Assembly (NCBI GenBank): GCA_026393865.1
Contig: JAPKZI010000044.1
Coordinates: forward strand, 571 to 64,570
Direction of reading: 5' to 3'
Length of the DNA stretch: 64,000 nucleotides
Source: Candidatus Aminicenantes bacterium
GTDB lineage: Bacteria > Acidobacteriota > Aminicenantia > Aminicenantales > UBA4085
Each line of letters starts with the position of its first letter. Position 1 is the first letter of the stretch. Made by a program: the position numbers and the translations under genes. Under the pieces are notes generated by a model. The model searched no databases. It saw only the letters and a program-made list of their open reading frames with translations, and was not told the DNA's origin. Positions 26,970 to 36,562 of the stretch are shown here, one piece after another.

Positions 26970-28316
26970 ATGAGCTATATTGCCTTAAGCGATCAAGACA
27001 AGAAGGAGATGCTCGCCCGCGTCGGCGTTTCCTCGGTCGACGAGCTCTACGGCTGTCTGCCGGAGGAGATCAAGCTCAAACGGAGGCTGAATCTTCCTGA
27101 GGCCCTGTCCGAACCGGAACTCATCCGCCGGTTCGAGGGCTTGGCCGCGAGCAACACGTATGCCGACTACGTCTCGTTCCTCGGTGCGGGCGTCTATCGC
27201 CATTTCATTCCCACGGTCGTGGATTACCTCAGCTCCCGCGGCGAATTCGTCACCCCCTATACTCCTTACCAGCCCGAAGTCAGCCAGGGCACGCTCCAGG
27301 TCATCTTCGAATACCAGACGCTCATCTGCCAGTTGACGGGCATGGACATCTCGAACGCCTCGCTCTACGACGGAGCGATGGCCGCGGCCGAAGCCGTCCT
27401 CATGGCCAGCCGCCTGAACGCCAAGCCCAAGATCCTCGTTGCCCGCTCGCTTCATCCCCAATATCGCGAAACGATCCGGACCTACATCAAGAACATGGGC
27501 GTCCGCGTCGAAGAAATCGAATTCGGCGATTGCGGGGGAATTAAAACGGCCGACCTGATGAGCAAGCTGGACAAGGACACGAGCGCCGTCCTCCTCCAAT
27601 CGCCGAACTTCTTCGGCGTCGTCGAAGATCTCAAGAAGTTCGCCGATCTGGCCCATGAACATCAGGCGCTGTTCATCGTCGCGGTCGCGGAAGCGGCCTC
27701 CTTCGGCGTTCTCGAAGCGCCGGGCAGGTTCGGCGCCGACGTCGTCTGCGGAGAAGCCCAGTCGTTCGGACTCGCGCCGAGCTTCGGCGGACCGTTCCTC
27801 GGCTTCATGGCCTGCAAGAAAGAACACCTGCGCCAGCTTCCCGGCCGCATCGCCGGCCAGACCAAGGATGTTGACGGAAAGCGCGGTTTCGTCCTGACGC
27901 TGTCCACCCGCGAGCAGCATATCCGCCGAGAAAAAGCCACTTCGAACATCTGCACGAACCAGGCCTTATGCGCCCTGCGGGCGACGATTTTCCTCGAGAC
28001 GCTCGGGCCCGACGGCCTGAGAGAGATGGCCGTCCAGAACATGCAAAAAGCGGCCTACGCGGCCGAGAAGCTCGGCAAGATCGCGGGCGTCAAAGCCCGT
28101 TTCGAAGGCCGTTTCTTCAACGAGTTCGTTCTGGAATTCCCCGGGGACGTCGGCCGGATCAATGACGGGCTTCAGGCGAAAGGGATCGTCGGAGGCCTGG
28201 ACCTCAAGGGATTCTATCCGGAGCTGGCCAATAACGCCCTGTTCTGCGTGACGGAGGTGCACACGAAGAAAGAGATAGACCGGCTGGCCTCGGTTCTCAA
28301 GAAGGTGCTCCGATGA
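26970..28316 (+). CDS. gcvPA: Glycine dehydrogenase (decarboxylating) subunit 1
   Basis: 'FLGAGVYRHFIPTVV', 'TPYTPYQPEVSQGTLQ', 'REQHIRREKATSNICTNQAL'. Confidence 0.92.
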   Translation: MSYIALSDQDKKEMLARVGVSSVDELYGCLPEEIKLKRRLNLPEALSEPELIRRFEGLAASNTYADYVSFLGAGVYRHFIPTVVDYLSSRGEFVTPYTPYQPEVSQGTLQVIFEYQTLICQLTGMDISNASLYDGAMAAAEAVLMASRLNAKPKILVARSLHPQYRETIRTYIKNMGVRVEEIEFGDCGGIKTADLMSKLDKDTSAVLLQSPNFFGVVEDLKKFADLAHEHQALFIVAVAEAASFGVLEAPGRFGADVVCGEAQSFGLAPSFGGPFLGFMACKKEHLRQLPGRIAGQTKDVDGKRGFVLTLSTREQHIRREKATSNICTNQALCALRATIFLETLGPDGLREMAVQNMQKAAYAAEKLGKIAGVKARFEGRFFNEFVLEFPGDVGRINDGLQAKGIVGGLDLKGFYPELANNALFCVTEVHTKKEIDRLASVLKKVLR

Positions 28317-29761
28317 TCCGCGAACCATTGATTTTTGAAATCAGCGATAAAGGCAAGAGGGCGTTCCGCCTGCCGAAGCTCGATATCAAGGCGAAAAAGG
28401 CCCTCTTCGAAGGACTGGCGATCCGGGACGCGATCACGGATTTTCCCCAGGTCTCCGAAGTCGAGGTCGTCCGCCATTTCACCCGTCTCTCCCAGCAGAA
28501 CTACTGCGTGGACCTCGGCATTTATCCTCTCGGCTCCTGCACGATGAAGTACAACCCCAAGGTCAACGAGAAGGTGGCGGCGCTCGACGGCTTCGCCCAG
28601 TCCCATCCCTTGGCTCCCGTGGACATGGTCCAGGGAAATCTGGAGGTCATCAAACTCGTCGAGGATTATCTCGGCGAGATCGCCGGCATGAACGCCTTCA
28701 CTCTCCAGCCGTCGGCGGGAGCGCAGGGCGAGCTGACCGGGATGATGCTCATTCATGCCTGTCATGAGGCGCGGGGCAATCCGCGGAAGATCGTTCTGAT
28801 CCCGGATTCCGCCCACGGCACCAACCCTTCGAGCGCCCACCTCTGCGGCTACACCGTCCAGGAGATCAAGTCCAACGAGAACGGAACCGTGGACCTGGAG
28901 GACCTGGCCCAGCGCATGACCGAGGACGTGGCCGCGCTGATGGTGACCAATCCGAACACGCTCGGCGTCTTCGAATACGATATCTGCAAGATCGCCGAGA
29001 TCGTCCACACCAAGGGAGGCTTCGTCTATATGGACGGGGCCAACATGAACGCCCTGACCGGAATCTGCCGGCCGGGCGATATGGGCGTCGACGTCATCCA
29101 TATCAACCTTCACAAGACCTTCTCCACGCCGCACGGCGGGGGAGGGCCCGGCTCCGGACCGGTGGGCGTCAAAGCCGTCCTGGAGCCCTATTTGCCCATC
29201 CCGCGCGTGGAGATGAAAGACGACGTTTATGTCCTGAACTTCGACCGGCCCGGCTCCATCGGCCGGGTGCGCAGCTTCCACGGGAATTTCCTGGTGGTCG
29301 TCAAGGCCCTGGCGTATATGTTGTCGCTCGGCCCGGACGGGATCCGGGAGATCGCCGAAATGGCCGTCCTCAACGCCAATTACATCCGCAAGAGCCTGGA
29401 GAAGGATTTCCACCTCAAATACACGACGCCCACCCTTCATGAATGCGTCTTCTCCGACAAGCTCCAGAAGGACCACGGCGTCTCGAACCTCGATATCGCC
29501 AAGCGGCTGATCGATCTCGGCGTCCATCCGCCGACGATGTCCTTCCCGCTTATCGTCCACGGAGCGCTCATGATCGAACCGACCGAGACCGAGAGCCGGC
29601 GCGACCTGGACATGTTCATCGAGGCCATGAAACAGATCGCCCGGGAGGCCAAAGAGGATCCCGGCATCCTCAAGAGCGCGCCGCACCAGTCCTATGTCCG
29701 GCGGCTCGACGAAACGACCGCCGCCCGCAATCCGATCGTCAAATGGGAGAGAGAAAAATAA
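28313..29761 (+). CDS. gcvPB: Glycine dehydrogenase (decarboxylating) subunit 2
   Basis: 'PLGSCTMKYNPK', PLP-lysine block 'HINLHKTFSTPHGGGGPG'. 4-nt overlap with gcvPA. Confidence 0.92.
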   Translation: MIREPLIFEISDKGKRAFRLPKLDIKAKKALFEGLAIRDAITDFPQVSEVEVVRHFTRLSQQNYCVDLGIYPLGSCTMKYNPKVNEKVAALDGFAQSHPLAPVDMVQGNLEVIKLVEDYLGEIAGMNAFTLQPSAGAQGELTGMMLIHACHEARGNPRKIVLIPDSAHGTNPSSAHLCGYTVQEIKSNENGTVDLEDLAQRMTEDVAALMVTNPNTLGVFEYDICKIAEIVHTKGGFVYMDGANMNALTGICRPGDMGVDVIHINLHKTFSTPHGGGGPGSGPVGVKAVLEPYLPIPRVEMKDDVYVLNFDRPGSIGRVRSFHGNFLVVVKALAYMLSLGPDGIREIAEMAVLNANYIRKSLEKDFHLKYTTPTLHECVFSDKLQKDHGVSNLDIAKRLIDLGVHPPTMSFPLIVHGALMIEPTETESRRDLDMFIEAMKQIAREAKEDPGILKSAPHQSYVRRLDETTAARNPIVKWEREK

Positions 29762-29764
29762 ACC

Positions 29765-30613
29765 ATGAGCCTCCAGTCCCTCATCATGAACCTGCAGAAA
29801 TACTGGGCGGACCAGGGCTGTTATCTGGCGCCGTCGTATGACCTCGAGGTCGGGGCGGGGACGATGACCCCGGACACTTTCTTCCGCGTCCTCGACAAGC
29901 GGGCGTGGAAGGTGGCCTATGTCCAGCCCTCGCGCCGGCCGACGGACGGCCGCTATGGCAAAAACCCGCACCGCGTCCAAAAGCACTACCAGTTCCAGGT
30001 CATTGTCAAACCCTCGCCGGCGGACATCCAGCAGCTCTACATCAACAGCTTGACCTCTCTCGGCATCGACCTGAAGGACCATGATCTCAGGTTCGACGAG
30101 GACGACTGGGAATCCCCGACGATCGGGGCCTGGGGGGTCGGCTGGCAGGTCATGTTGGACGGGCTTGAGATCACCCAGTTCACGTATTTTCAGCAGGCCG
30201 GCGGACTGGAGGTCTTTCCCATCCCCGTCGAGATCACCTACGGCCTCGAGCGGCTGGAGATGTTCCTCGAGGAGAAGGACAACATCTACGACCTGAAATG
30301 GTCCGAGGACGTCAGCTACCGCGATCTCCGCTACGAGGAGGAACGGCAGTTCTCGGAATTCAATTTCAGCCAGGCCACGGTCCCATCGCTTCGGGAGATC
30401 TTCAACCAGGCCGAACGAGAGGCCGGCCGGCTCATCGAAAAGGACTTGATCCTTCCGGCCTACGATCAATGTTTGAAATGCTCGCACGCGTTCAACCTGC
30501 TGGACAGCCGGGGAGCGATCAGCGTCACCGAGCGGGTGAAAATGATCGCCCAGATCCGGGCCCTCGTGAACCAGGTCGCCTTGAAGTTCACGGGCGCCGG
30601 GGGGGCCTCGTGA
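29765..30613 (+). CDS. glyQ: Glycine--tRNA ligase alpha subunit
   Basis: '[10 protein letters not shown]', '[28 protein letters not shown]', '[10 protein letters not shown]'. Starts 3 nt after the gcvPB stop. Confidence 0.93.
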   Translation: MSLQSLIMNLQKYWADQGCYLAPSYDLEVGAGTMTPDTFFRVLDKRAWKVAYVQPSRRPTDGRYGKNPHRVQKHYQFQVIVKPSPADIQQLYINSLTSLGIDLKDHDLRFDEDDWESPTIGAWGVGWQVMLDGLEITQFTYFQQAGGLEVFPIPVEITYGLERLEMFLEEKDNIYDLKWSEDVSYRDLRYEEERQFSEFNFSQATVPSLREIFNQAEREAGRLIEKDLILPAYDQCLKCSHAFNLLDSRGAISVTERVKMIAQIRALVNQVALKFTGAGGAS

Positions 30614-32697
30614 TGGAATTCCTGCTCGAGATCAATGTCGAGGAAATGCCCTCGTCCCACGTCCGGACGGCGATCGAGGATTTGAGGGACAGGTTCGAAA
30701 AAGAGCTCGCCGCGGCCAAGATTCCGGTTAAGGAGCTCCGGACTTACAGCACTTGCCGGCGCCTCGTCGTCGTGGCCGAACTGGCCGAAGGCCAGGAAGC
30801 CCGCGAGCAGATCGTCACCGGTCCGCCCAAGGCCGTCGCCTTTGCCGCGGACGGCGCGCCCACGGCCGCAGCCCTCGGATTCGCCCGATCGCGGGGGATC
30901 GATGTCGCCCGGCTCGAGATCATCACGACCGAAAAGGGCGAATACGTCGGTTTCCGGAGGATCGAGAAAGGACGGGACGCGGCCGAGATCCTGGCGAGGA
31001 TCGTCCCGCAGGTGATCGGATCGCTGTCCTTTCCGAAGATGATGCGCTGGGGCGAAGGCCAGCTCCGGTTCTCCCGCCCGATGCGGAACATCCTTTGTCT
31101 TCTGGGCGGCAAGATCGTGCCGTTCGTGATCGACGGCCTGGCCTCCTCGGACACCACGACGGGCCACAAGATCCGGTCGCCGCAAAAGATCGCCGTGACG
31201 TCCTTTGAACAGTACAGGGCGGCCCTGAAGGAGCATTTGGTGACCGTCGACGCCGAGGAGCGAAAGACGGCCCTCCTCGCCCAGATCGAAAACCTTCTCG
31301 CTCCTCTCAAAGCCCAGCTTTATCCCGATCCCGAGCTGTTGAACAAGCTGGCCAACGACGTGGAATGCCCGCTCGTCATCATGGGGGTGTTCCCCGAACT
31401 TTACCTCGACCTTCCCCTCGAGATCTTGAGCACGGCCATGCGCGAAGGGCAGAAGCTCTTCTCCGTCGTCAGAGGCAGGAAGCAGCTCCCTTGCTTTCTG
31501 GGAGTGGCCGATATGCCGGCCGATACCCGGGGCTTCATCCAAAAGGGGAATGAACGAGTGCTCAAAGCCCGCCTCGAGGACGCCCGGTTCTTCTGGGAGC
31601 AGGACCTCAAGCTCAGCTTGAAAAAACGGGCGCCGGCTCTCAAGCACGTCCTCTTTCAAGAGAAGCTCGGAAGCTACGATGACAAGACCCAGAGGCTGAA
31701 AAAGATCGCGACGTATCTCTGCGGAAAAATCGAGGACTGCAAGGACGCGGCCGACGTGGCGATGGCCGCCGAATATTGCAAGACCGACCTGGTCACTGAC
31801 ATGGTCCGCGAGTTCCCTTCGCTCCAAGGGAAGGTCGGCGGGCTCTATGCCCGGGTCGAGGGCCTGCCGGCGGACGTGTCCCAAGCCATCTATGAGCACT
31901 ATCAGCCGGTCGGACTCGACGATGAATCCCCCTTGTCCTTGGGCGGGGCGATCCTGTCCATCGCCGACAAGCTCGACTCCATCATCGGGGTCGTCGGCGT
32001 CGGCGTCCAGATGACCGGTTCGAGCGACCCGTTCGGCCTGCGCCGGAACGCCCAGGGGATCTGCAAGATCATCCTCGACCGAAAGCTGAACTTTTCGTTT
32101 CCGCGGTTATTGGACAAGGTCCTCGCGGTCTACGGCGACAAGCTCAAGCGGCCGAAGGCGGAGATCCTCGACTACGGCCGCGAGTTTTTCCTCAATCGCC
32201 TGCGCTATATCTACGAGCGCCGGGGATACAGGTACGATCTCATCAACGCGGCGCTCGGGGCGGGCCTCGACAACATCTCTCATTCCTTCCTGCGGGTCAA
32301 GGCGCTCGACGCCCTCAAGGCCAGCCCGCAGTTCGAGCCTTTCATCCTGATGGCCAAGCGGGTGAACAATATCCTGACCGGCCAGCCGGCCTGTTCGCTC
32401 AACGCCGACCTCTTCGTCGAGAAGGCGGAGATGAACCTCTTTTCGACGTTCTCCATCGTCAGGGAGAACGTCGTCCCGATGATCGCCAAGGGCGATTTCG
32501 CCCAGGCTCAGAAGATGGTCTTTCGGTTGCAGCCCGGCCTCAACCAGTTTTTCGACAGCGTCCTGGTGATGGATAAGGAGAGCCGGCTGAGGAAGAACCG
32601 GCTGGCGCTACTCCAGGCGATCCGCCGGATCCTGGTCCAGATGGCGGATTATTCCCAGGTCGTCGTCGAAGGGGAGCAGCCCGCGGCCAAAAAATGA
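30613..32697 (+). CDS. glyS: Glycine--tRNA ligase beta subunit
   Basis: ATG 30613 overlaps the glyQ stop (TGATG). '[13 protein letters not shown]', 'FPKMMRWGEG', 'DARFFWEQD' are typical GlyS blocks. The track ORF start at 30298 lies inside glyQ. Confidence 0.9.
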   Translation: MEFLLEINVEEMPSSHVRTAIEDLRDRFEKELAAAKIPVKELRTYSTCRRLVVVAELAEGQEAREQIVTGPPKAVAFAADGAPTAAALGFARSRGIDVARLEIITTEKGEYVGFRRIEKGRDAAEILARIVPQVIGSLSFPKMMRWGEGQLRFSRPMRNILCLLGGKIVPFVIDGLASSDTTTGHKIRSPQKIAVTSFEQYRAALKEHLVTVDAEERKTALLAQIENLLAPLKAQLYPDPELLNKLANDVECPLVIMGVFPELYLDLPLEILSTAMREGQKLFSVVRGRKQLPCFLGVADMPADTRGFIQKGNERVLKARLEDARFFWEQDLKLSLKKRAPALKHVLFQEKLGSYDDKTQRLKKIATYLCGKIEDCKDAADVAMAAEYCKTDLVTDMVREFPSLQGKVGGLYARVEGLPADVSQAIYEHYQPVGLDDESPLSLGGAILSIADKLDSIIGVVGVGVQMTGSSDPFGLRRNAQGICKIILDRKLNFSFPRLLDKVLAVYGDKLKRPKAEILDYGREFFLNRLRYIYERRGYRYDLINAALGAGLDNISHSFLRVKALDALKASPQFEPFILMAKRVNNILTGQPACSLNADLFVEKAEMNLFSTFSIVRENVVPMIAKGDFAQAQKMVFRLQPGLNQFFDSVLVMDKESRLRKNRLALLQAIRRILVQMADYSQVVVEGEQPAAKK

Positions 32698-32711
32698 CCG
32701 CGCCGGGGGAA

Positions 32712-33137
32712 TCAGACCGTTTCCGGAATATTGTCCGGCGGCTCCGTCTCGGACAGAAATCTATCCTCGAGGGCGACGATCTTTTCCAGGATCTCCGGAG
32801 GGTTGTGATTCTTGCTTTCTCCGTAGGGAAGGAGCTGAACGCCGATCTGGTATTTGTAGCGGGCGTCGGGATTGGGTGAGTACCAGCGGACGATGCCCTC
32901 GATGACGAGCGGGGCCGGCTCATCCGGGAGGAAGAGCCGGAGCGTGATGTGGCTGTCGAACTTCGGGATCTCGTGGGCAAAAAAACGGATCCCTCCGCGG
33001 CTGAGGTCGATGAGGGGGAGAGGCTCGGAGCCAAAATCGCTCTTTTTAAAGAAGGTCGATTCCTTTCGATATTTGATCTCGGCCCCCGGGATCTGAAACC
33101 GGACACATAACCGCTTTTCCAGGCTCATCTCGCCCAT
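32712..33137 (-). CDS. PilZ domain protein (canonical c-di-GMP motifs)
   Basis: RxxxR as 'RLCVR' and D-x-S-x-x-G as 'DLSRGG' about 35 residues later. 141 aa. Confidence 0.75.
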   Translation of the reverse strand: MGEMSLEKRLCVRFQIPGAEIKYRKESTFFKKSDFGSEPLPLIDLSRGGIRFFAHEIPKFDSHITLRLFLPDEPAPLVIEGIVRWYSPNPDARYKYQIGVQLLPYGESKNHNPPEILEKIVALEDRFLSETEPPDNIPETV

Positions 33138-33218
33138 GGCGTCCTCCCGTGTTTTTGCCGGTTCAAACTATAGCACAGCTTGGCCGAAAATCAAAAAAAA
33201 TCTAGCGCGGCGTTCTCT

Positions 33219-33247
33219 TTGGAAATGCCCGCGGGCTGAGATATACT
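33219..33247 (+). promoter_or_regulatory. sigma70-like promoter for glgC
   Basis: TTGGAA (33219-33224), 17-nt spacer, TATACT (33242-33247). RBS AAAGGAG precedes ATG 33278. Confidence 0.4.
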
Positions 33248-33277
33248 ATCTCTCCCGACCGGGGAAAGGAGCGCTCC

Positions 33278-34555
33278 ATGGCCAAAGTGGCGACGATGAT
33301 CATGGCCGGCGGGCAGGGGAACCGTCTCTATCCGCTGACCAAGATGCGGAGCAAGCCGGCGGTTCCCATCGCCGGGCGGTTCCGGCTGATCGATATTCCC
33401 CTCAGCAACTGCATCCATTCGGGCTACCGGAAGATCTTCGTCCTGACCCAGTTCGCCAGCGAATCCCTGCACCGCCATATCTTTCTGACTTACCGGTTCG
33501 ATATCTTCCAAAAGGATTTCGTGACGATCCTGTCGGCCCAGCAGACGCTCGAGAACCGCGATTGGTACCAGGGCACGGCCGACGCCGTCCGCCAGAACCT
33601 CCATTTCCTGGAGAACGAGGGCGACCTGGTCCTCATCCTCTCGGGCGACCACCTCTATCGCATGGATTACCGGAAATTCGTGGATTTTCATATCAAGACG
33701 GGCGCGGAGATTAGCATCTCCGTGATCCCCGTCCGGCCCGACGAGGTCAAGGATTTCGGGGTGATGAAGGTCGATCGGACCGGCCGCATCATGGAGTTCC
33801 GCGAAAAACCCAAGGAGGCGGCGGCCATCGAGGCCATGGCGGTCGAAGACGAGGCGTTCCGCGCCCACGGGGTCGATCCCGCCGGGCGGACCCACCTGGC
33901 TTCGATGGGCATATACATCTTCAATTGGGCCGTCCTTCACGAACTTCTCGAAAACAATAAGAACGATGATTTCGGCAAGCAGATCATCCCCGATGCCATC
34001 CACCGGAAAAAGGTCTTCGGTTATTTCTTCGACGGCTACTGGGAGGACATCGGCACGATCAAGAGCTTCTTCGAGGCCAACCTGAACCTCACCGAACCGC
34101 TCCCCCGATTCAATTTCTATGACGAAGACAGGCCGATCTTCACCCATGCCCGGTTCCTGCCGGGATCGAAGATCATCGCCTCCGACGTCGCCCAATCGAT
34201 CCTGTGCGAGGGGAGCATCATCAACGGCTCCCGGATCCGGGACTCGATCGTCGGGGTGCGCTCCCGGATCGGCGAAGGCTCCAGCCTGGAGAGGACGATC
34301 ATCATGGGGGCCGACTATTTCGAGTCCCGGGAGGAACTGGAGCGGAACGCGGCCGCGGGAGTCCCGCCCATAGGGATCGGCCGGGGATGCGAAGTCCGCA
34401 ACGCCATCCTCGACATGAATGCCCGGGTCGGGAACGGGGTGAAGCTCGTCAACGCCCGGGGCGTCCGGGACGAGAAGGCGGAAAGTTACTGTATCGTCAA
34501 CGGCATCATCGTCGTGCCGAAGAACGCCGCCATCGCCGACGGGACGGTCATTTAG
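33278..34555 (+). CDS. glgC: Glucose-1-phosphate adenylyltransferase
   Basis: 'AGGQGNRLYPLTKMRSKPAVPIAGRFRLIDIPLSNC', 'WYQGTADAV', C-terminal left-handed beta-helix repeats. Confidence 0.92.
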   Translation: MAKVATMIMAGGQGNRLYPLTKMRSKPAVPIAGRFRLIDIPLSNCIHSGYRKIFVLTQFASESLHRHIFLTYRFDIFQKDFVTILSAQQTLENRDWYQGTADAVRQNLHFLENEGDLVLILSGDHLYRMDYRKFVDFHIKTGAEISISVIPVRPDEVKDFGVMKVDRTGRIMEFREKPKEAAAIEAMAVEDEAFRAHGVDPAGRTHLASMGIYIFNWAVLHELLENNKNDDFGKQIIPDAIHRKKVFGYFFDGYWEDIGTIKSFFEANLNLTEPLPRFNFYDEDRPIFTHARFLPGSKIIASDVAQSILCEGSIINGSRIRDSIVGVRSRIGEGSSLERTIIMGADYFESREELERNAAAGVPPIGIGRGCEVRNAILDMNARVGNGVKLVNARGVRDEKAESYCIVNGIIVVPKNAAIADGTVI

Positions 34556-34633
34556 GAGTTAGTTTTAGATCGACGCGGCGACAGGTATGAATTAGGAGTA
34601 TCGTTGGGAGATGACGTATTTTTAAAAGCATGT

Positions 34634-34642
34634 GTGATATAA
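34634..34642 (+). promoter_or_regulatory. Extended -10 promoter element (TGaTATAAT) for the lemA operon
   Basis: TGATATAAT at 34634-34642, 25 nt before ATG 34668. RBS AAAGGAAGGA in between. Confidence 0.4.
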
Positions 34643-34667
34643 TCGATTAAGAAAGGAAGGAAAAAAC

Positions 34668-35312
34668 ATGTCCAACGGAACGCCCAACACTCCGGCCCCG
34701 GCCCCCAAGAAGAAAATCGGGCTTCTCGGCTGCTTGGGAGTCATCGTCATCATCGTGATCATTGCCGCGCTGTCCGGCATCGGCACGTACAATAGCCTCA
34801 ACAAGCTCGACCAGGCCGTCAAGTCCCAGTGGGCCCAGGTTGAAAACCAATATCAGCGGCGAGCCGATCTCGTCCCCAACCTGGTTGAGACGGTCAAGGG
34901 CGCGGCGGCCTTCGAGAAGGACACCTTCACGGCCGTGACCGAGGCCAGGTCCAAAGTGGGCCAGGTCAAGCTCGACGCGAGCAATCTCAATAATCCCGAG
35001 GCCTTCGCCCAGTTCCAACAGGCTCAGGACGGATTGTCTTCGGCCTTGTCGCGCCTCATGGTCGTCATCGAGAAATACCCGGAGCTCAAGGCGACCGAGA
35101 ATTTCCGGACGCTCCAGTCCCAGCTCGAGGGCACGGAAAACCGCATCACCGTCGAACGCATGCGCTTCAACGAAGCCGCCCAGGCCTTCAATACCAAGCG
35201 GATGAGCTTTCCGACGGTGCTGATGGCCGGACTCTTCGGCTCCCGTTTTGCCGAGAAGCCTTATTTCAAGGCCCAAGCCGGCGCCGAGACCGCCCCTAAA
35301 GTTAAATTCTGA
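34668..35312 (+). CDS. lemA: LemA family protein
   Basis: N-terminal TM anchor, 'YNSLNKLDQAVKSQWAQVENQYQRRADLVPNLVETVKG', 'YPELKATENFRTLQSQLEGTENRI'. Confidence 0.88.
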   Translation: MSNGTPNTPAPAPKKKIGLLGCLGVIVIIVIIAALSGIGTYNSLNKLDQAVKSQWAQVENQYQRRADLVPNLVETVKGAAAFEKDTFTAVTEARSKVGQVKLDASNLNNPEAFAQFQQAQDGLSSALSRLMVVIEKYPELKATENFRTLQSQLEGTENRITVERMRFNEAAQAFNTKRMSFPTVLMAGLFGSRFAEKPYFKAQAGAETAPKVKF

Positions 35313-35314
35313 TC

Positions 35315-36067
35315 GTGCGCCCGTTACGCCTCGGCCTCGGTCTCGTCGCGCTATTCATCTGTATGCCGCTTCTTGCGCCGGCGTCGACCGATATCGTCAT
35401 CCCGCCCTCGCCCTCGCAGTGGGCGACGGACACGGCGGGCTTCCTCTCGCCGGCCGCGCTCGAGGCCGTCAATTCTCAGCTTCGGAGCTATTCCCAGACG
35501 ACCGGCCGTCAGGTCCTGGTCTATATCGGGAAGACGACCGGCGGCTATCCGATCGAGGAATTCGCCGTCAAGGCATTCGAGGCCTGGAAGCCGGGACGGA
35601 AGGGCATCGATGACGGACTGGTGCTGTTCATCATGGCCGAGGACCGCAAACTCAGAATCGAGGTCGGCTATGGTCTCGAAGGGGTCGTCACAGACGCCAA
35701 ATCTTCCAGGGTCATCAACGAGATCCTCGTGCCGCGGATCCGGGCCGGCGACAATGACGGGGCCGTCAAAGGAGCGGTGGACTCCCTCCTCGGCACAATC
35801 GAGGGCCGGCCGGCCGGCGATACCCAGCCGGTCCCCGAGCCGTCCGCCTCAAAATCCAAGGTCCCGCCCATTTTCATCATCATCGGGATCATCATCTTGC
35901 TGATCATCTTCATCACGAATCCGTCGTTCGCCCTCTGGCTTCTATTGAACATCCTCTCCGGCGGCAGGGGAGGCGGAGGAGGAGGGGGCTTCGGCGGAGG
36001 GAGAGGCGGCGGATTCAGCGGCGGCGGCGGCCGCTCGGGCGGCGGCGGAGCGTCGGGGGGCTGGTAA
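35315..36067 (+). CDS. TPM-domain protein (YgcG-like) with TM segment and Gly-rich tail
   Basis: GTG 35315. Signal peptide, 'GRQVLVYI...GLVLFIMAEDRKLRIEVGYGLEG', C-terminal 'GGRGGGGGGGFGGGRGGGFSGGGG'. Confidence 0.8.
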   Translation: MRPLRLGLGLVALFICMPLLAPASTDIVIPPSPSQWATDTAGFLSPAALEAVNSQLRSYSQTTGRQVLVYIGKTTGGYPIEEFAVKAFEAWKPGRKGIDDGLVLFIMAEDRKLRIEVGYGLEGVVTDAKSSRVINEILVPRIRAGDNDGAVKGAVDSLLGTIEGRPAGDTQPVPEPSASKSKVPPIFIIIGIIILLIIFITNPSFALWLLLNILSGGRGGGGGGGFGGGRGGGFSGGGGRSGGGGASGGW

Positions 36068-36082
36068 CGACAGGAGAGCGAC

Positions 36083-36562
36083 ATGCCGTTCATGCACAGA
36101 CGCAGGCTCATCAAGGAGATCGATCCCGGTCGGATTCAGGCGGCCATCCAGGCCGCCGAGAAAAAAACGTCGGGGGAGATCCGCGTCTCTGTTTCGCCGT
36201 TTTTCTGGGGGAGCGTCCGTCCGGTCGCGGAAAAAGCTTTTCAGCGGCTGGGGATGACGAATACCAGGCAGAGGAACGGCATTCTTTTCTTCATCGTCCC
36301 CTCCCGCCGCCGATTCGTCATACTCGGAGACGAAGGCATCCACGCCGGGGTCGGCCAGGATTTCTGGGACCATTTGACGGCCGTTATGTCCGCGGAATTT
36401 CGCAAGGGCCGTTTCCGGGATGGATTGATCAAAGGCATCGAGGAAGTCGGCGAACACCTCGCCGCCCATTTCCCCTACGATCCGGCGGCCGATAAGAACG
36501 AACTCTCCGACGACATCGATTTCGGAAAAACGGGGACTCGAGCAAAAAAGAAATCTCTCTGA
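36083..36562 (+). CDS. TPM-domain protein (cytoplasmic paralogue)
   Basis: 'AEKKTSGEIRVSV', 'NGILFFIVPSRRRFVILGDEGIH'. RBS AGGAGA. Confidence 0.75.
   Translation: MPFMHRRRLIKEIDPGRIQAAIQAAEKKTSGEIRVSVSPFFWGSVRPVAEKAFQRLGMTNTRQRNGILFFIVPSRRRFVILGDEGIHAGVGQDFWDHLTAVMSAEFRKGRFRDGLIKGIEEVGEHLAAHFPYDPAADKNELSDDIDFGKTGTRAKKKSL

Noticed and set aside
28214-30487. 757-aa minus-strand ORF
   Set aside because: It is antisense to gcvPB and glyQ, whose products are unmistakable. It has the same low-information Arg/Asp/Gly-rich composition.
35950-36064. GGC/GGA-rich repetitive DNA
   Set aside because: It is the in-frame Gly-rich C-terminal tail of the TPM protein, not a tandem-repeat locus or CRISPR. 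Likewise the Ala/Pro/Lys-rich stretch at ~59480-59760 is the SPOR protein linker.
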